The notes below the pieces were generated by a model, which ran no database searches, was not told the origin of the DNA, and saw only the letters and a program-made list of their open reading frames with translations. From contig CBDUJZ010000009.1 in the NCBI GenBank assembly GCA_965367675.1, positions 2,488 to 66,487 on the forward strand: a stretch of DNA of 64,000 nt, written 5' to 3'. Below are positions 21,468 to 30,958 of the stretch, in pieces. The DNA is from an uncultured Myxococcales bacterium (GTDB lineage: Bacteria; Myxococcota_A; Bradymonadia; REDH01). Within the stretch, counting starts at the first letter, position 1, and the number at the start of each line of letters is the position of its first letter. A program made the position numbers and the translations under genes.

Positions 21468-21732
21468 CGGTAACCCTCTCAAAGACAAATGTGAGATCGT
21501 GTTCGGGACGATTCGCACGCCATGGATAAAAACGCAAAGCATCGCCGTACGCCAAGGGCCTCGGGATACGCGGTGAGGGCGGCGTCTTTAGCCGGAACCC
21601 AATGAACACGCGGCAGTGCTCGAATCAGATTCGGAAATGAAATCGGTCAAGGTTGTTGAATAGAACGTGTTTCAGTACGTATATTCTGTTGCGCAATTGC
21701 ATTACGTAACTGCCTCCGCGTCCACTCAAGTC

Positions 21733-22353
21733 ATGACTGCTATGCTCCTCAGACTGTTATCCCTGACCATTTTGCTCGTCTCCGTGAGCGCGAGCGCTCA
21801 GGAGCGCCCCGCTAGCCGCTCGCTCACGCAAGCGCAGCTGGACTCTCTCGCAGGTGGTGACGTCATCGCGGAAGTGGAGCGGGATGGTAACAACAACCGC
21901 GCCGAGCTGGTCTGCGCGATCGACGGCGACCCGGAGGTCGTGTTCGACGTGATCGTCGACTACGGCGCGTATGAGACATGGTTCCCCGATCAGGTCGAAG
22001 CGGAGGTCCGTGAGGACTTCGGTGACTCGGCGCGTCTGTACGGCGAGACCCGCGTGCCGGTGCTACGCAACCGTCGCTACGAGTTCGTGGACAGCCGTGA
22101 CGTGCGCGTGGTGGACGGCGAGACGCACTACATCGATACCTGGGAGTACGTCGAAGACTCCGGCAACCTGAACAGCACCACCGGGTTTTGGTACGTGCAG
22201 CCGATGCCCGGTCACCCCGACAAGACGCTCGTGCGCATGGTCGTTCACGCCGACATCGGTATGTGGCTGCCGCAGGCCATCATCAACTGGGGCACCCGAC
22301 GCATGATGCCCGGCATCGCAGAAGGGCTTCAGGAGCAGTGCGACGACCGCTGA
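21733..22353 (+). CDS. Secreted SRPBCC (START / polyketide-cyclase-like) domain protein
   Basis: Start at MTAMLLRLLSLTILLVSVSASAQE (signal peptide). Track start 21667 rejected because its first 22 codons are AT3-rich. Bet v1-like fold inferred from length and pattern. Confidence 0.7.
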   Translation: MTAMLLRLLSLTILLVSVSASAQERPASRSLTQAQLDSLAGGDVIAEVERDGNNNRAELVCAIDGDPEVVFDVIVDYGAYETWFPDQVEAEVREDFGDSARLYGETRVPVLRNRRYEFVDSRDVRVVDGETHYIDTWEYVEDSGNLNSTTGFWYVQPMPGHPDKTLVRMVVHADIGMWLPQAIINWGTRRMMPGIAEGLQEQCDDR

Positions 22354-22366
22354 GACAGGGCGGGTT

Positions 22367-22417
22367 CACGAAACGAAGAAGGCCCCGGCGATTTGCCGGG
22401 GCCTTCTTCGTTTCGTG
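22367..22417. terminator. Perfect 23-bp-stem hairpin (5-nt loop) between convergent genes
   Basis: CACGAAACGAAGAAGGCCCCGGC-gattt-GCCGGGGCCTTCTTCGTTTCGTG, lying between the SRPBCC gene stop (22353) and the fadB stop (22437). Confidence 0.5.
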
Positions 22418-22436
22418 GGCAGCAGCGCCGCGGTCG

Positions 22437-24575
22437 CTAGTAGAACGACTTGCCGGAGGCGGCCATGTCGCGAAGCAGCTGGGGTGCCTCGAAGCGGTCG
22501 CCGTGCACCTCGCGCAGCGCGTCGCACTTCTCGACGAACGCAGCGGCACCGACCGTGTCGATGAGCGCGAGCGGGCCGCCGGTGTAGGGCGCGAAGCCCC
22601 AACCCATGACCGCGCCTACGTCGGCGTCCTCGGGAGCGAGCAGCACACCTTGCTCCATGCATCGCGCCGCCTCGAGCGCTTGCACGTACAAGAACCGCTG
22701 GATGATCTCCTCGGCCGACGGCTGCGTCGCCTTGGTGGGGTACTTTTCACGCAGGCCCGGCCAGAGCGACTTGGAGCCGTCCTCAGCGTAGTCGTAGAAG
22801 CCCTTGCCGTTGGACCGACCGAAGCGCTGGTTTTCCTCGACGAGGAACGACAGCACCGGCGTGGACGGGTTCGACTTGTACGCGTCGCCGAGGTCCTTCT
22901 TGGTCTGCACACCGACGTCGTGCATCAGCTTGACGCCGACCTCGTCTGCCAGGCCGAGGGGCGGCATGGGCATTCCGGACAGCTTGCCAGCGTTCTCCAC
23001 GAGCGCGGGGGCCACGCCTTCGGTGAGCATGGCCACGCCTTCGGTCACGTAGGTGCCGAACACGCGCGAGGTGTAGAAGCCGCGGGCGTCGTTGACGACG
23101 ATGGGCGTCTTTCGAATCTGCTGCACGTAGTCGAGCGTCTTGGCGAGTGTCTCGTCGCTGGTCTTCTCGCCACGAATGACCTCGACGAGCGCCATCTTCT
23201 CTACGGGGGAGAAGAAGTGCACGCCGATGAAGTTCTCCGGTCGGCCAGACGCCTCGGCGAGCCCGGTGATGGGCAGCGTTGACGTGTTGGAGCCGAACAC
23301 GGCGTCGGCCGAGATGACCGCCTCGGCCGCCTTGGTGACGGTCGCTTTGACCTTCCGGTTTTCGAAGACGGCCTCGATGACGAGGTCGCATCCGTCCAGG
23401 TCCGCGTAGTCGGCGGTGGGGTGGATCTTGGCGAGCAGCTGCTCCTTGTCAGTGTCGGTGGCGCGCTTGCGAGCGATGCGCTTGTCCATGCGCTTGGCGC
23501 TGTACGCCTTACCTTTCTCCGCCCTCGCGAGGTCACGATCGAGCAGCACGACATTCATACCGGCCTTGGCGGAGACGAACGCCACGCCGGCGCCCATGAG
23601 GCCCGCGCCGATCACACCGAGCTTGGTGACCTTGGATTTGGGGACGCCTTCGGGCCGTCGCGCGAGCTTGTTGGCGTCCTGCAGGCTGAGGAACAACGTG
23701 CGGACCATGTTGCCGCTGACCGGGTCGAGAATCAGCGACACAAAGTAGCGGTTCTCGATGATGAGGCCGGTGTCGAAGTTGGTGAGCAGGCCCTCGTAGA
23801 CGCAGGACATGATCGCCAGTCCCGCCGGGTAGTTCCCGTGGGTCTTCTCGTTGTACATGGCGGTGCCGGCCATGAACGTCTGCAGGACCTTCTTGGCCTT
23901 GGAGTCGCCGCCGGGCACCTTGAAGCCCTTCTTGTCCCAGGGCTGGACCGGGTCGCCGTTCTCAAGGATCCACTTCTTGGCGGTCGCGACGGTGTCGGCG
24001 GCAGGGACGACGGCGTCGATGAAGCCGGCCGCCAGTGCTTTCTGCGGGCTGAAGTTCTTGCCCTCGAGCATGACCGGCAGCGAAGCTTGCACACCGATCA
24101 TACGCGGCAAGCGCTGGGTGCCGCCGGCGCCGGGCAGCAGTCCGAGGTTGGACTCCGGCAGCGCCAGTTGAATGCGCGGCGAGTCGGCGACCACGCGGTA
24201 GTGACAGGCGAGCGCGAGCTCGAGGCCACCGCCCATCGCGGCGCCGTTGATGGCGCACGTGAACGGCTTTCCGCAGGTCTCCATGCGCCGAAGCACGCGG
24301 CCGAGCGTTCCGGTAGACTTGGCCAGATCGGCCGCCACCTTGGGCCCGAACGCGAGGCGCCGCACGGAGTTCAGGTCGGCGCCGGCCACGAAGGTGGACT
24401 TGCCGGACGTGATGACCGCGCCCTTGACCGCGTCGTCCGCGGCGACCTTCTCGATGGCCGCCGTGAGGGCGTCCAGCGTGGCTTCGTTGAACACGTTGGC
24501 ACCTTCGCCGGGCGTGTCCCAGGTGAGGGTGGCGATGCCGTCGCTATCGACTTCGAATTTGATGATGTCGCTCAT
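22437..24575 (-). CDS. fadB: Fatty-acid oxidation complex alpha subunit (enoyl-CoA hydratase / 3-hydroxyacyl-CoA dehydrogenase), FadB/FadJ-like
   Basis: Start at the internal ATG (MSDIIKFEVD...) preceded by GAGGAGG. Crotonase fold at the N-terminus and a 3HCDH Rossmann domain (GVIGAGLMGAG) at the C-terminus. Confidence 0.9.
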   Translation of the reverse strand: MSDIIKFEVDSDGIATLTWDTPGEGANVFNEATLDALTAAIEKVAADDAVKGAVITSGKSTFVAGADLNSVRRLAFGPKVAADLAKSTGTLGRVLRRMETCGKPFTCAINGAAMGGGLELALACHYRVVADSPRIQLALPESNLGLLPGAGGTQRLPRMIGVQASLPVMLEGKNFSPQKALAAGFIDAVVPAADTVATAKKWILENGDPVQPWDKKGFKVPGGDSKAKKVLQTFMAGTAMYNEKTHGNYPAGLAIMSCVYEGLLTNFDTGLIIENRYFVSLILDPVSGNMVRTLFLSLQDANKLARRPEGVPKSKVTKLGVIGAGLMGAGVAFVSAKAGMNVVLLDRDLARAEKGKAYSAKRMDKRIARKRATDTDKEQLLAKIHPTADYADLDGCDLVIEAVFENRKVKATVTKAAEAVISADAVFGSNTSTLPITGLAEASGRPENFIGVHFFSPVEKMALVEVIRGEKTSDETLAKTLDYVQQIRKTPIVVNDARGFYTSRVFGTYVTEGVAMLTEGVAPALVENAGKLSGMPMPPLGLADEVGVKLMHDVGVQTKKDLGDAYKSNPSTPVLSFLVEENQRFGRSNGKGFYDYAEDGSKSLWPGLREKYPTKATQPSAEEIIQRFLYVQALEAARCMEQGVLLAPEDADVGAVMGWGFAPYTGGPLALIDTVGAAAFVEKCDALREVHGDRFEAPQLLRDMAASGKSFY

Positions 24576-24585
24576 TCCGTCCTCC

Positions 24586-25794
24586 TCAGACCCGTTCGAT
24601 GATGGTGGCAGTGCCCATTCCGGCACCGACGCAGAGGGCGGCGAGCCCGTACTTGAGATCTCGGCGCTCCATCTCATCGAGGAGCGTGCCGAGGATCATG
24701 GCGCCGGTGGCACCGAGCGGGTGGCCCAATGCGATGGCGCCGCCGTTCACGTTCACGGTGTTCATGTCGATCTCGAGCACTTCGGCGAAGCGCAGGACGA
24801 CGGCGGCGAACGCCTCGTTGATCTCCCACAGGTCGATGTCCGACACGCTGAGTCCGGCCTTATCGAGCGCCATCACGGCGGCATCGGCGGGGCCGGTGAG
24901 CATGATGGTCGGCTCGGAGCCGATCGAGGCGAACGATTTGATGCGGGCGCGCGGCTTGAGGCCGTTGCCGTTGCCGAACGCCTCGTTACCGACGAGGACC
25001 ACCGACGCGCCGTCCACGATGCCCGACGAGTTGCCGGCGTGGTGCACGTGGTTGATGGTCTCCATGTCGGGGTAGCGCTGCTTCGCCACGGCGTTGAAGC
25101 CGTAACTCTCGCCCATCGTCTTGAACGCGGGCTTGAGCTTGGCGAGCGTCTGCACGGTCGTCTGCGGGCGCATGTACTGGTCGCGCGCGAGCACGGTCAG
25201 GCCATTGGCGTCGAGCACGGGCACGACCGACTTGTCGAACAAGCCTTGGTCCCACGCGGCGGCGGCGCGGCGCTGGCTCTCGGCGGCGAGCGTGTCGCAC
25301 ATCTCGCGGGTGTATCCCCAGCGCGTCGCGATCATGTCGGCGCTGATGCCCTGCGGCACGAACTTGAGCTTGGTCGATACCTGCGGGTTCGTGGCCCACG
25401 GGCCGCTCGCCGAGCCCATCGGGACGCGGCTCATGCACTCCACGCCGCCGCCGACAACGGCCTCGGACATGCCGGACATGACCTTCGCCGCCGCGATGTT
25501 TACCGACTCAAGACCCGACGAGCAGAAACGGTTGAGCTGAAAGCCGGGCACGTTCTGCGGCCAATCGGCGTACAGCGCGGCCACGCGAGCGATGTTGCCG
25601 CCTTGCTCGCCGACGGGCTCCACGCAGCCGAGGATGACGTCCTCCACTTGGGAAGCGTCAAAGTCGTTGCGGTCACGGAGCGCGCGCAGCGGGGCAGCCG
25701 CGACGTCGATCGGCGCGAGGCTGTTCAGGCCACCGCCGGGCTTACCATTGCCGCGCGGGGTGCGGACGGCGTCATAGATAAAACAATCGGTCAC
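24586..25794 (-). CDS. fadA: Acetyl-CoA C-acyltransferase (3-ketoacyl-CoA thiolase), FadA-like
   Basis: Thiolase motifs (VRTPRG, NRFCSSGL active-site Cys, NVNGGAIALGHPLGATG, AALCVGAGMG). GTG start (VTDCFIYDAV...) preceded by GAGGAGAG. Lies 10 nt upstream of fadB. Confidence 0.9.
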   Translation of the reverse strand: MTDCFIYDAVRTPRGNGKPGGGLNSLAPIDVAAAPLRALRDRNDFDASQVEDVILGCVEPVGEQGGNIARVAALYADWPQNVPGFQLNRFCSSGLESVNIAAAKVMSGMSEAVVGGGVECMSRVPMGSASGPWATNPQVSTKLKFVPQGISADMIATRWGYTREMCDTLAAESQRRAAAAWDQGLFDKSVVPVLDANGLTVLARDQYMRPQTTVQTLAKLKPAFKTMGESYGFNAVAKQRYPDMETINHVHHAGNSSGIVDGASVVLVGNEAFGNGNGLKPRARIKSFASIGSEPTIMLTGPADAAVMALDKAGLSVSDIDLWEINEAFAAVVLRFAEVLEIDMNTVNVNGGAIALGHPLGATGAMILGTLLDEMERRDLKYGLAALCVGAGMGTATIIERV

Positions 25795-25820
25795 GGCTCT
25801 CTCCTCGGGTAGAAAAAGGG

Positions 25821-25838
25821 ACTGAAACACGTTTCAGT
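25821..25838. promoter_or_regulatory. Perfect 18-bp palindrome ACTGAAAC-AC-GTTTCAGT upstream of fadA (candidate operator)
   Basis: Eight-bp arms with a 2-bp spacer, about 27 bp upstream of the fadA GTG. Positioned where a promoter or operator is expected. Confidence 0.4.
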
Positions 25839-26021
25839 TGGCGGACCCTAGCCGCCGAACTACAGTGTGTGAAGTGCTTTGCGCCGTACGCTGCGCAGTG
25901 CCGTTCGCGCGCTCGGCGGAGAGCCGCCGGCCACGATTCGGACCGCCCGATTGTGTGTACGGTTCGCGCCATTGTGCAAGGTCGACCGTCGTCGACCGAC
26001 TCCCCACGCAACGAGACCGCT

Positions 26022-26477
26022 GTGCCTACGATTCGCGTCCATTCCACCTTCGCCTGCACCCCCGAACGCGCCTTCGAGGCGCTCACCGACCATGCCGGCT
26101 TTGATCGCATGCACGGGCTCGACGTCAAAATCATCGAGCGCGGGCCCGGGCATCCTAACGGCGTGGGGACCGTCCGCAGCATGGGAGGCGGCGGGGTGCA
26201 CTTTGAGGAGGAGATTACGGTCTTCGAGCCGCCGCGCGCCTACGAGTATCGCATCCGGAAGGGCACCATCCCCGTGACGCACAACGGCGGCCGGGTGGAG
26301 GTCGTCCAGGACGGAGCGGTTTGCAACGTTTCTTGGACCACCGACATCACACTGCCGATTCCGGTCATTGGAAACGTGCTGGCGTACGTGCTCCTGCCGG
26401 GCATCAAGATTTCGCTCAAACAGCTCCTCGCGTTCTCAAAAACGCAGGCCGAGTTGCCCACCGCTGAGAACCTATGA
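26022..26477 (+). CDS. SRPBCC (polyketide cyclase/dehydrase-like) family protein
   Basis: GTG start at VPTIRVHSTFACTPERAFEALTDH..., a typical Polyketide_cyc2 N-terminus. About 151 aa. The upstream part of the track ORF is R-rich and not used. Confidence 0.7.
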   Translation: MPTIRVHSTFACTPERAFEALTDHAGFDRMHGLDVKIIERGPGHPNGVGTVRSMGGGGVHFEEEITVFEPPRAYEYRIRKGTIPVTHNGGRVEVVQDGAVCNVSWTTDITLPIPVIGNVLAYVLLPGIKISLKQLLAFSKTQAELPTAENL

Positions 26478-27355
26478 AGCCGAAGACGAAGAAGCTGCTG
26501 ATGCTCGGATTGCTCGCCACGTTGGTGGCCGCGACCGTGCCGGCCGCCGGACTTGTGTGGTGCGCGCTCGGGTTCCATTCGGTCACCTCGCACGCGGCGC
26601 CATTGCCTCTTACGGGCGGGTTCTACGACGCGTACGCGGGGGTGCTAGATGCCGTCTCGGGCGAGGGATTGGTGGACTACGGGGCGCTTGCTGCGGACCC
26701 CGAACCGCTCGCGCGGGTAGTGGCGACCCTGGGCATGGCCGGCCCGCAGGGGCGTCCGGACCAGTACCCGACCAGCGCCGACCAGTTGGCGTTCTACGTG
26801 AACGCTTACAACGCGCTCACGCTGTTCGGTGTCGTGGAGAACTGGCCGATCACGAGCGTGCACGACGTGCATGGACGTATCGACACGAACGGAGGCTTTG
26901 GGTTCTTTTTCACGCAGCGCTTCCTGCTCGATGGCCGTCGTACGAATCTGCACGACCTCGAAACGGACCTGATTCGCGGCGGGTTCGGCGACGCACGCAT
27001 TCACGCTGCCATCAACTGCGCTTCGGCGTCGTGTCCGCAGTTGGCCGGGGAGCCGTACTACCCGGCGACGATTCACACGCAGCTCGACGCGGCGGCGACG
27101 CGGTTCGCCAGCGCGCCGCACGGGGTGGTCGACAGCGACGCGCGCGAGATCCGACTCTCGTCGATCTACACGTGGTACGCGGGCGACTTTGAGCATGACG
27201 CCCAGCGGTTCGGCTGGGGTTCAGGCGTGCTCGATTGGATCGGGCACTTTGCGGATGAACCCACGCGCGCGGCCCTCGATGAAGGCCGCGCGGCGGGGTT
27301 CTCGGTCGTCTACGTCGACTACGACTGGTCGCTCAACGGGGTGTCGGGCGGCTAG
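26474..27355 (+). CDS. DUF547 domain protein (secreted)
   Basis: Signal peptide and the DUF547 hallmarks (FYVNAYNALTL...AINCASASCPQL). ATGA overlap with the preceding SRPBCC gene. Confidence 0.8.
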   Translation: MKPKTKKLLMLGLLATLVAATVPAAGLVWCALGFHSVTSHAAPLPLTGGFYDAYAGVLDAVSGEGLVDYGALAADPEPLARVVATLGMAGPQGRPDQYPTSADQLAFYVNAYNALTLFGVVENWPITSVHDVHGRIDTNGGFGFFFTQRFLLDGRRTNLHDLETDLIRGGFGDARIHAAINCASASCPQLAGEPYYPATIHTQLDAAATRFASAPHGVVDSDAREIRLSSIYTWYAGDFEHDAQRFGWGSGVLDWIGHFADEPTRAALDEGRAAGFSVVYVDYDWSLNGVSGG

Positions 27356-27368
27356 TTCGTCGGGTCGG

Positions 27369-29213
27369 CTAGTAGCTCTCGGGGGCGAAATCCATCTCGT
27401 CGCCGTCGGCTTCGTCGCTCCAGACGATCTCCTTCACGTCGACGTCGAACTCGCGTGAGCTGATCTTCTCAAGGAGCTCATCGCGGAGTTGCTCGAGCGT
27501 CATCTTGCCACGGTCGCCGTCGCGGTAGGTCCGCACGGAGAACACGCCTTCGTCGACTTCCTTTTGGCCCACGACGACCATGTACGGCGTCTTGGACAGC
27601 TCGGACTCGCGAATCTTGCGGCCGAGCTTCTCGGAGCGGTCGTCGAGCTCCACGCGGACGCCGGCGGCGCTGAGCACTGCGACGGCTTCTTTGCAGGCGT
27701 CGGCCAGCTCGTCGTTGATCGGGAGGAAGCGGACCTGCACCGGCGCGAGCCAGGTCGGGAACGCACCGGCCACGTGCTCGATGAGGATACCGATGAAGCG
27801 CTCCAGAGAGCCAAAGATGGCGCGGTGGACCACGATCGGGGTCTGCGGCGTGTTCTCAGCGTCGGTGTACGCGAGCTCGAAGCGGCGCGGGAGCTGGAAG
27901 TCCAACTGGATGGTCGGGCACTGCCAGCGGCGGCCGAGCGAGTCGACGACGTCGAAGTCGATCTTCGGGCCGTAGAACGCGCCGTCGCCCTCGTTGAGCG
28001 TGTACGGCAGGCCGTTCTCTTCGATGGCCGCGCGGAGCGACTCCTCGGCCTTGTCCCACAGCTCGGGCTCGCCCATGAAGTCGTCCGGACGGGTGGACAG
28101 CTTGACCTCGTACTTGAGGTCGAACAGCCCGTAGACGTACTCGATCATCTTGAGCACATCGCTGATCTCGGACTGGACCTGCTCCTCAGTGCAGAAGATG
28201 TGCGAGTCGTCCTGGGTGAACTGACGGACGCGGAAGCAACCGTTGAGCGTGCCGGACAGCTCGTTGCGGTGCAGCATCTGGAACTCAGCCACGCGGAGCG
28301 GGAGCTCGCGGTAGCTGTGCTTGCGCCGCTTGTAGAACATCATGGTGTCCGGGCAGTTCATGGGCTTCACGCAGAACGTGTCGCCCTCGGACTCCAGCTT
28401 GAACATGTGGTCGTGGTAGTGGTCCCAGTGCCCCGAAGTCTCGAACAAGCTCTTGTTGTACATGATCGGGTTGTGGATCTCGACGTACCCACGGTCGGCA
28501 TGCAGCTTCCGGCTCATCTCCTTGAGCGCGGAGTAGATCGCGTAGCCGTTGGGGTGCCAGAAGATGGCGCCGGGCGACTCCTTCTGGAACGAGAACAGGT
28601 CGAGTTCGCGGGCCAGCTTGCGGTGGTCGCGCTTCTTGGCCTCTTCGAGCACTTCGAGGTGCGCGGCCAGGTCGGTCTTGTTCTTCCAAGCCGTGCCGTA
28701 GATGCGCTGGAGCATCGGGCGGTCGGAGTCGCCGCGCCAGTACGCGCCGGCCACGTTGAGGAGCTTGAACGCCTTGCAGTTACCGGTGCGCGGCACGTGC
28801 GGGCCAGCGCAGAGGTCGGTGAACGGGCCATTCTTGAAGAAGCGGACCTCGGTCTCGCCTTTCTCCGCAAGGTCCCGAATCAGCTCGACTTTGTACGGCT
28901 GCTCCCGCTCTTCAAAGTAGGCGATCGCCTCTTCGATGGTGTGGGTCCAGGTCTCAAAGCGGTCGTTCGCCTTGATGTGCTTGGTCATCACCTTCTCGAT
29001 CATCTCCAGGTCGTCCGGAGTGAGCGTGCGGGGCAGCTCGAAGTCGTAGTAGAAGCCGTGCTCGATCGGCGGTCCGATCGCGAACTTCGCGTCCGGGAAC
29101 ACCTCTTGAACCGCCGTCGCCATCACGTGCGAGGCGGAGTGGCGGATGCGCCAGAGCTTCTCGGCATTCGAGAGCGGCTGGCGTGCGGGAGTGGCTTCTT
29201 GGGATTCGCTCAT
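27369..29213 (-). CDS. thrS: Threonine--tRNA ligase (ThrRS), lacking the N-terminal TGS domain, with an acidic C-terminal tail
   Basis: Editing-domain His motifs (HSASHVMA), class II synthetase motifs (FRVRQFTQDDSHIFC, RAIFGSLERF) and a C-terminal anticodon-binding domain. Confidence 0.92.
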   Translation of the reverse strand: MSESQEATPARQPLSNAEKLWRIRHSASHVMATAVQEVFPDAKFAIGPPIEHGFYYDFELPRTLTPDDLEMIEKVMTKHIKANDRFETWTHTIEEAIAYFEEREQPYKVELIRDLAEKGETEVRFFKNGPFTDLCAGPHVPRTGNCKAFKLLNVAGAYWRGDSDRPMLQRIYGTAWKNKTDLAAHLEVLEEAKKRDHRKLARELDLFSFQKESPGAIFWHPNGYAIYSALKEMSRKLHADRGYVEIHNPIMYNKSLFETSGHWDHYHDHMFKLESEGDTFCVKPMNCPDTMMFYKRRKHSYRELPLRVAEFQMLHRNELSGTLNGCFRVRQFTQDDSHIFCTEEQVQSEISDVLKMIEYVYGLFDLKYEVKLSTRPDDFMGEPELWDKAEESLRAAIEENGLPYTLNEGDGAFYGPKIDFDVVDSLGRRWQCPTIQLDFQLPRRFELAYTDAENTPQTPIVVHRAIFGSLERFIGILIEHVAGAFPTWLAPVQVRFLPINDELADACKEAVAVLSAAGVRVELDDRSEKLGRKIRESELSKTPYMVVVGQKEVDEGVFSVRTYRDGDRGKMTLEQLRDELLEKISSREFDVDVKEIVWSDEADGDEMDFAPESY

Positions 29214-29388
29214 CGGGGCTCCTATCGGTTGCCTCGGCCTTACGAATGGCCGAACCGGGGTAACGCTTCGGCCGTACGTTGGCCGAGCTTGTTAAGGCGC
29301 AGGACGCTAGTGAAGCGGGGAGGGCGACGCAACGACTATCGCGGCGACGGTCCAGGCGCGGGTCGTTGGACGCGCGCCGCCTTCGAAT

Positions 29389-30093
29389 TCAGCGTTTCGG
29401 GCCGCGCGGCGTGCCGTACAGTTTGGCGAGCGACGACGCTGGAACGCCGAGGCGGTAGAGCGTGGGGAAGACCGTCATGAGCAAGCCGTAGTAGAGTGGC
29501 CGTGCCTCGAATCGCCGGCCGGACACGTTCACGCAGGCGGCGACGGTTTGAATCCGCCCGAGCGCCCGCAGGCGTATGGCCAACTCCAGGTCCTCCATGA
29601 GCGGAATCTCGGGGAAGCCGCCGACCGCGCGGAAGGCGCTCGCGCGGACGAACACGGCCTGGTCGCCATACGGGAACCGTGAGTATCGCGAGCGGATGTC
29701 GGCGATGTGCAGCGCGGAGGCCATCCAGCGGCTTGGGCGCTCCGGCACCGTCCAGGTTCGAAACGCGCCGGCGACCAAGGAGGGGGCTGCGAGCGCGGTG
29801 CGAATCCAGCTGCAGGCGTCGGCCGGTAGGGTCACGTCGGCGTGCACGAACAGCAGCACGTCGCCGGTGGCGGCTTCGGCCCCACGGTTCATCTGCACGC
29901 CGCGACCGGCGGGGGAACTCAGCACGCGAACGCCGGCGTGGGCGTTGGCGATTGCGACGGTGTCATCCGAGCTCCCGCCGTCCACGACGATGATCTCGGA
30001 CAGCCCGGGCGCCGTGAGGAGCTGCCGCAGCGCATCGTCGATTCTTGCCGCTTCGTTGAGCGTTGGGACGATGGCGGAGACGGTGAAAGGCAT
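29389..30093 (-). CDS. Family 2 glycosyltransferase (Rv0696/TIGR04283-like)
   Basis: IVPTLNEA...IIVVDGGSSDDT...LFVHADVT, a GT-A fold with DxD-like motifs. Confidence 0.85.
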   Translation of the reverse strand: MPFTVSAIVPTLNEAARIDDALRQLLTAPGLSEIIVVDGGSSDDTVAIANAHAGVRVLSSPAGRGVQMNRGAEAATGDVLLFVHADVTLPADACSWIRTALAAPSLVAGAFRTWTVPERPSRWMASALHIADIRSRYSRFPYGDQAVFVRASAFRAVGGFPEIPLMEDLELAIRLRALGRIQTVAACVNVSGRRFEARPLYYGLLMTVFPTLYRLGVPASSLAKLYGTPRGPKR

Positions 30094-30097
30094 ACGT

Positions 30098-30952
30098 CTA
30101 CGGTCGGTCTAGCGGCGTCGTGTCCGTGGGCGCGGTATCCGCCGGAATGGTGTCCAGCGGCGGCGACTCAAGCAGCGCCGTGTCGAGCAGGGCGTCGGCC
30201 TCACGCGTCGACAAGTTGTCTCGCCCGTGCAGGTTCACCGGCGTTGCGCTCGCTCGGCGCACGCGCAGGTTGAGGCCCTCGACACAGAACGAGAACGCCA
30301 TCGCGAAGTACACGTAACCCTTGGGGATGTGCTGGTGCATCGCGTCCGCAATGAGCACCACGCCGATCAGCACCAAGAACGAGAGCGCGAGCATCTTGAT
30401 GGTCGGGTGGTTCTCCACAAAGTCGCCGATCGGTTTCGCCGCCACCAACATGACGCCCATCGCGATGACGATCGCGAGCACCATCACGGGCAGGTGGTCT
30501 GCGAGGCCGAGCGCGGTGATGACCGAGTCGAGCGAAAACACGATGTCGAGCAGGCCGATCTGAATGACCACGGACATCATGGTCGCGGAGCCGTCCACGT
30601 TGGCGGTGTGGTCTGCGCCTTCGAGGCTGTGATGTATCTCGGTGGTGCTCTTGCCGAGCAGGAACAGACCGCCGAACAGCAGGATGAGGTCACGCCCGGA
30701 GACGCCATGATCGCCGATCGAGAAGAGTGGGTCGGTGAGCCCCATGAGCATGCTCAGCGAGCCGAGCAGCAACAGGCGCGTGATGAGCGCAAGGCCGAGC
30801 CCGAGCGACCGACCTCGTGCGCGCTCCTCTTCGGGCAGGCGCCCCGTGAGGATGGAGATGAAGATGATGTTGTCGATCCCGAGGACGATCTCGAGAACGG
30901 TGAGGGTGGCTAGCGCGAGCCAAGCTTCGGGGCTGTAAATCCACTCAAGCAT
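30098..30952 (-). CDS. TerC-family integral membrane protein (YkoY/Alx-like)
   Basis: TerC signature (LEIVLGIDNIIFISIL...LSLDSVITALGL). Polytopic. Confidence 0.88.
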   Translation of the reverse strand: MLEWIYSPEAWLALATLTVLEIVLGIDNIIFISILTGRLPEEERARGRSLGLGLALITRLLLLGSLSMLMGLTDPLFSIGDHGVSGRDLILLFGGLFLLGKSTTEIHHSLEGADHTANVDGSATMMSVVIQIGLLDIVFSLDSVITALGLADHLPVMVLAIVIAMGVMLVAAKPIGDFVENHPTIKMLALSFLVLIGVVLIADAMHQHIPKGYVYFAMAFSFCVEGLNLRVRRASATPVNLHGRDNLSTREADALLDTALLESPPLDTIPADTAPTDTTPLDRP

Positions 30953-30958
30953 GAATGC

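Noticed and set aside
21667-21732. GTG start at 21667 for the SRPBCC gene
   Set aside because: The first 22 codons are AT3-rich (TTT CAG TAC GTA TAT TCT...), unlike the coding regions in this genome. That stretch looks like promoter DNA. The signal peptide begins at the ATG at 21733.
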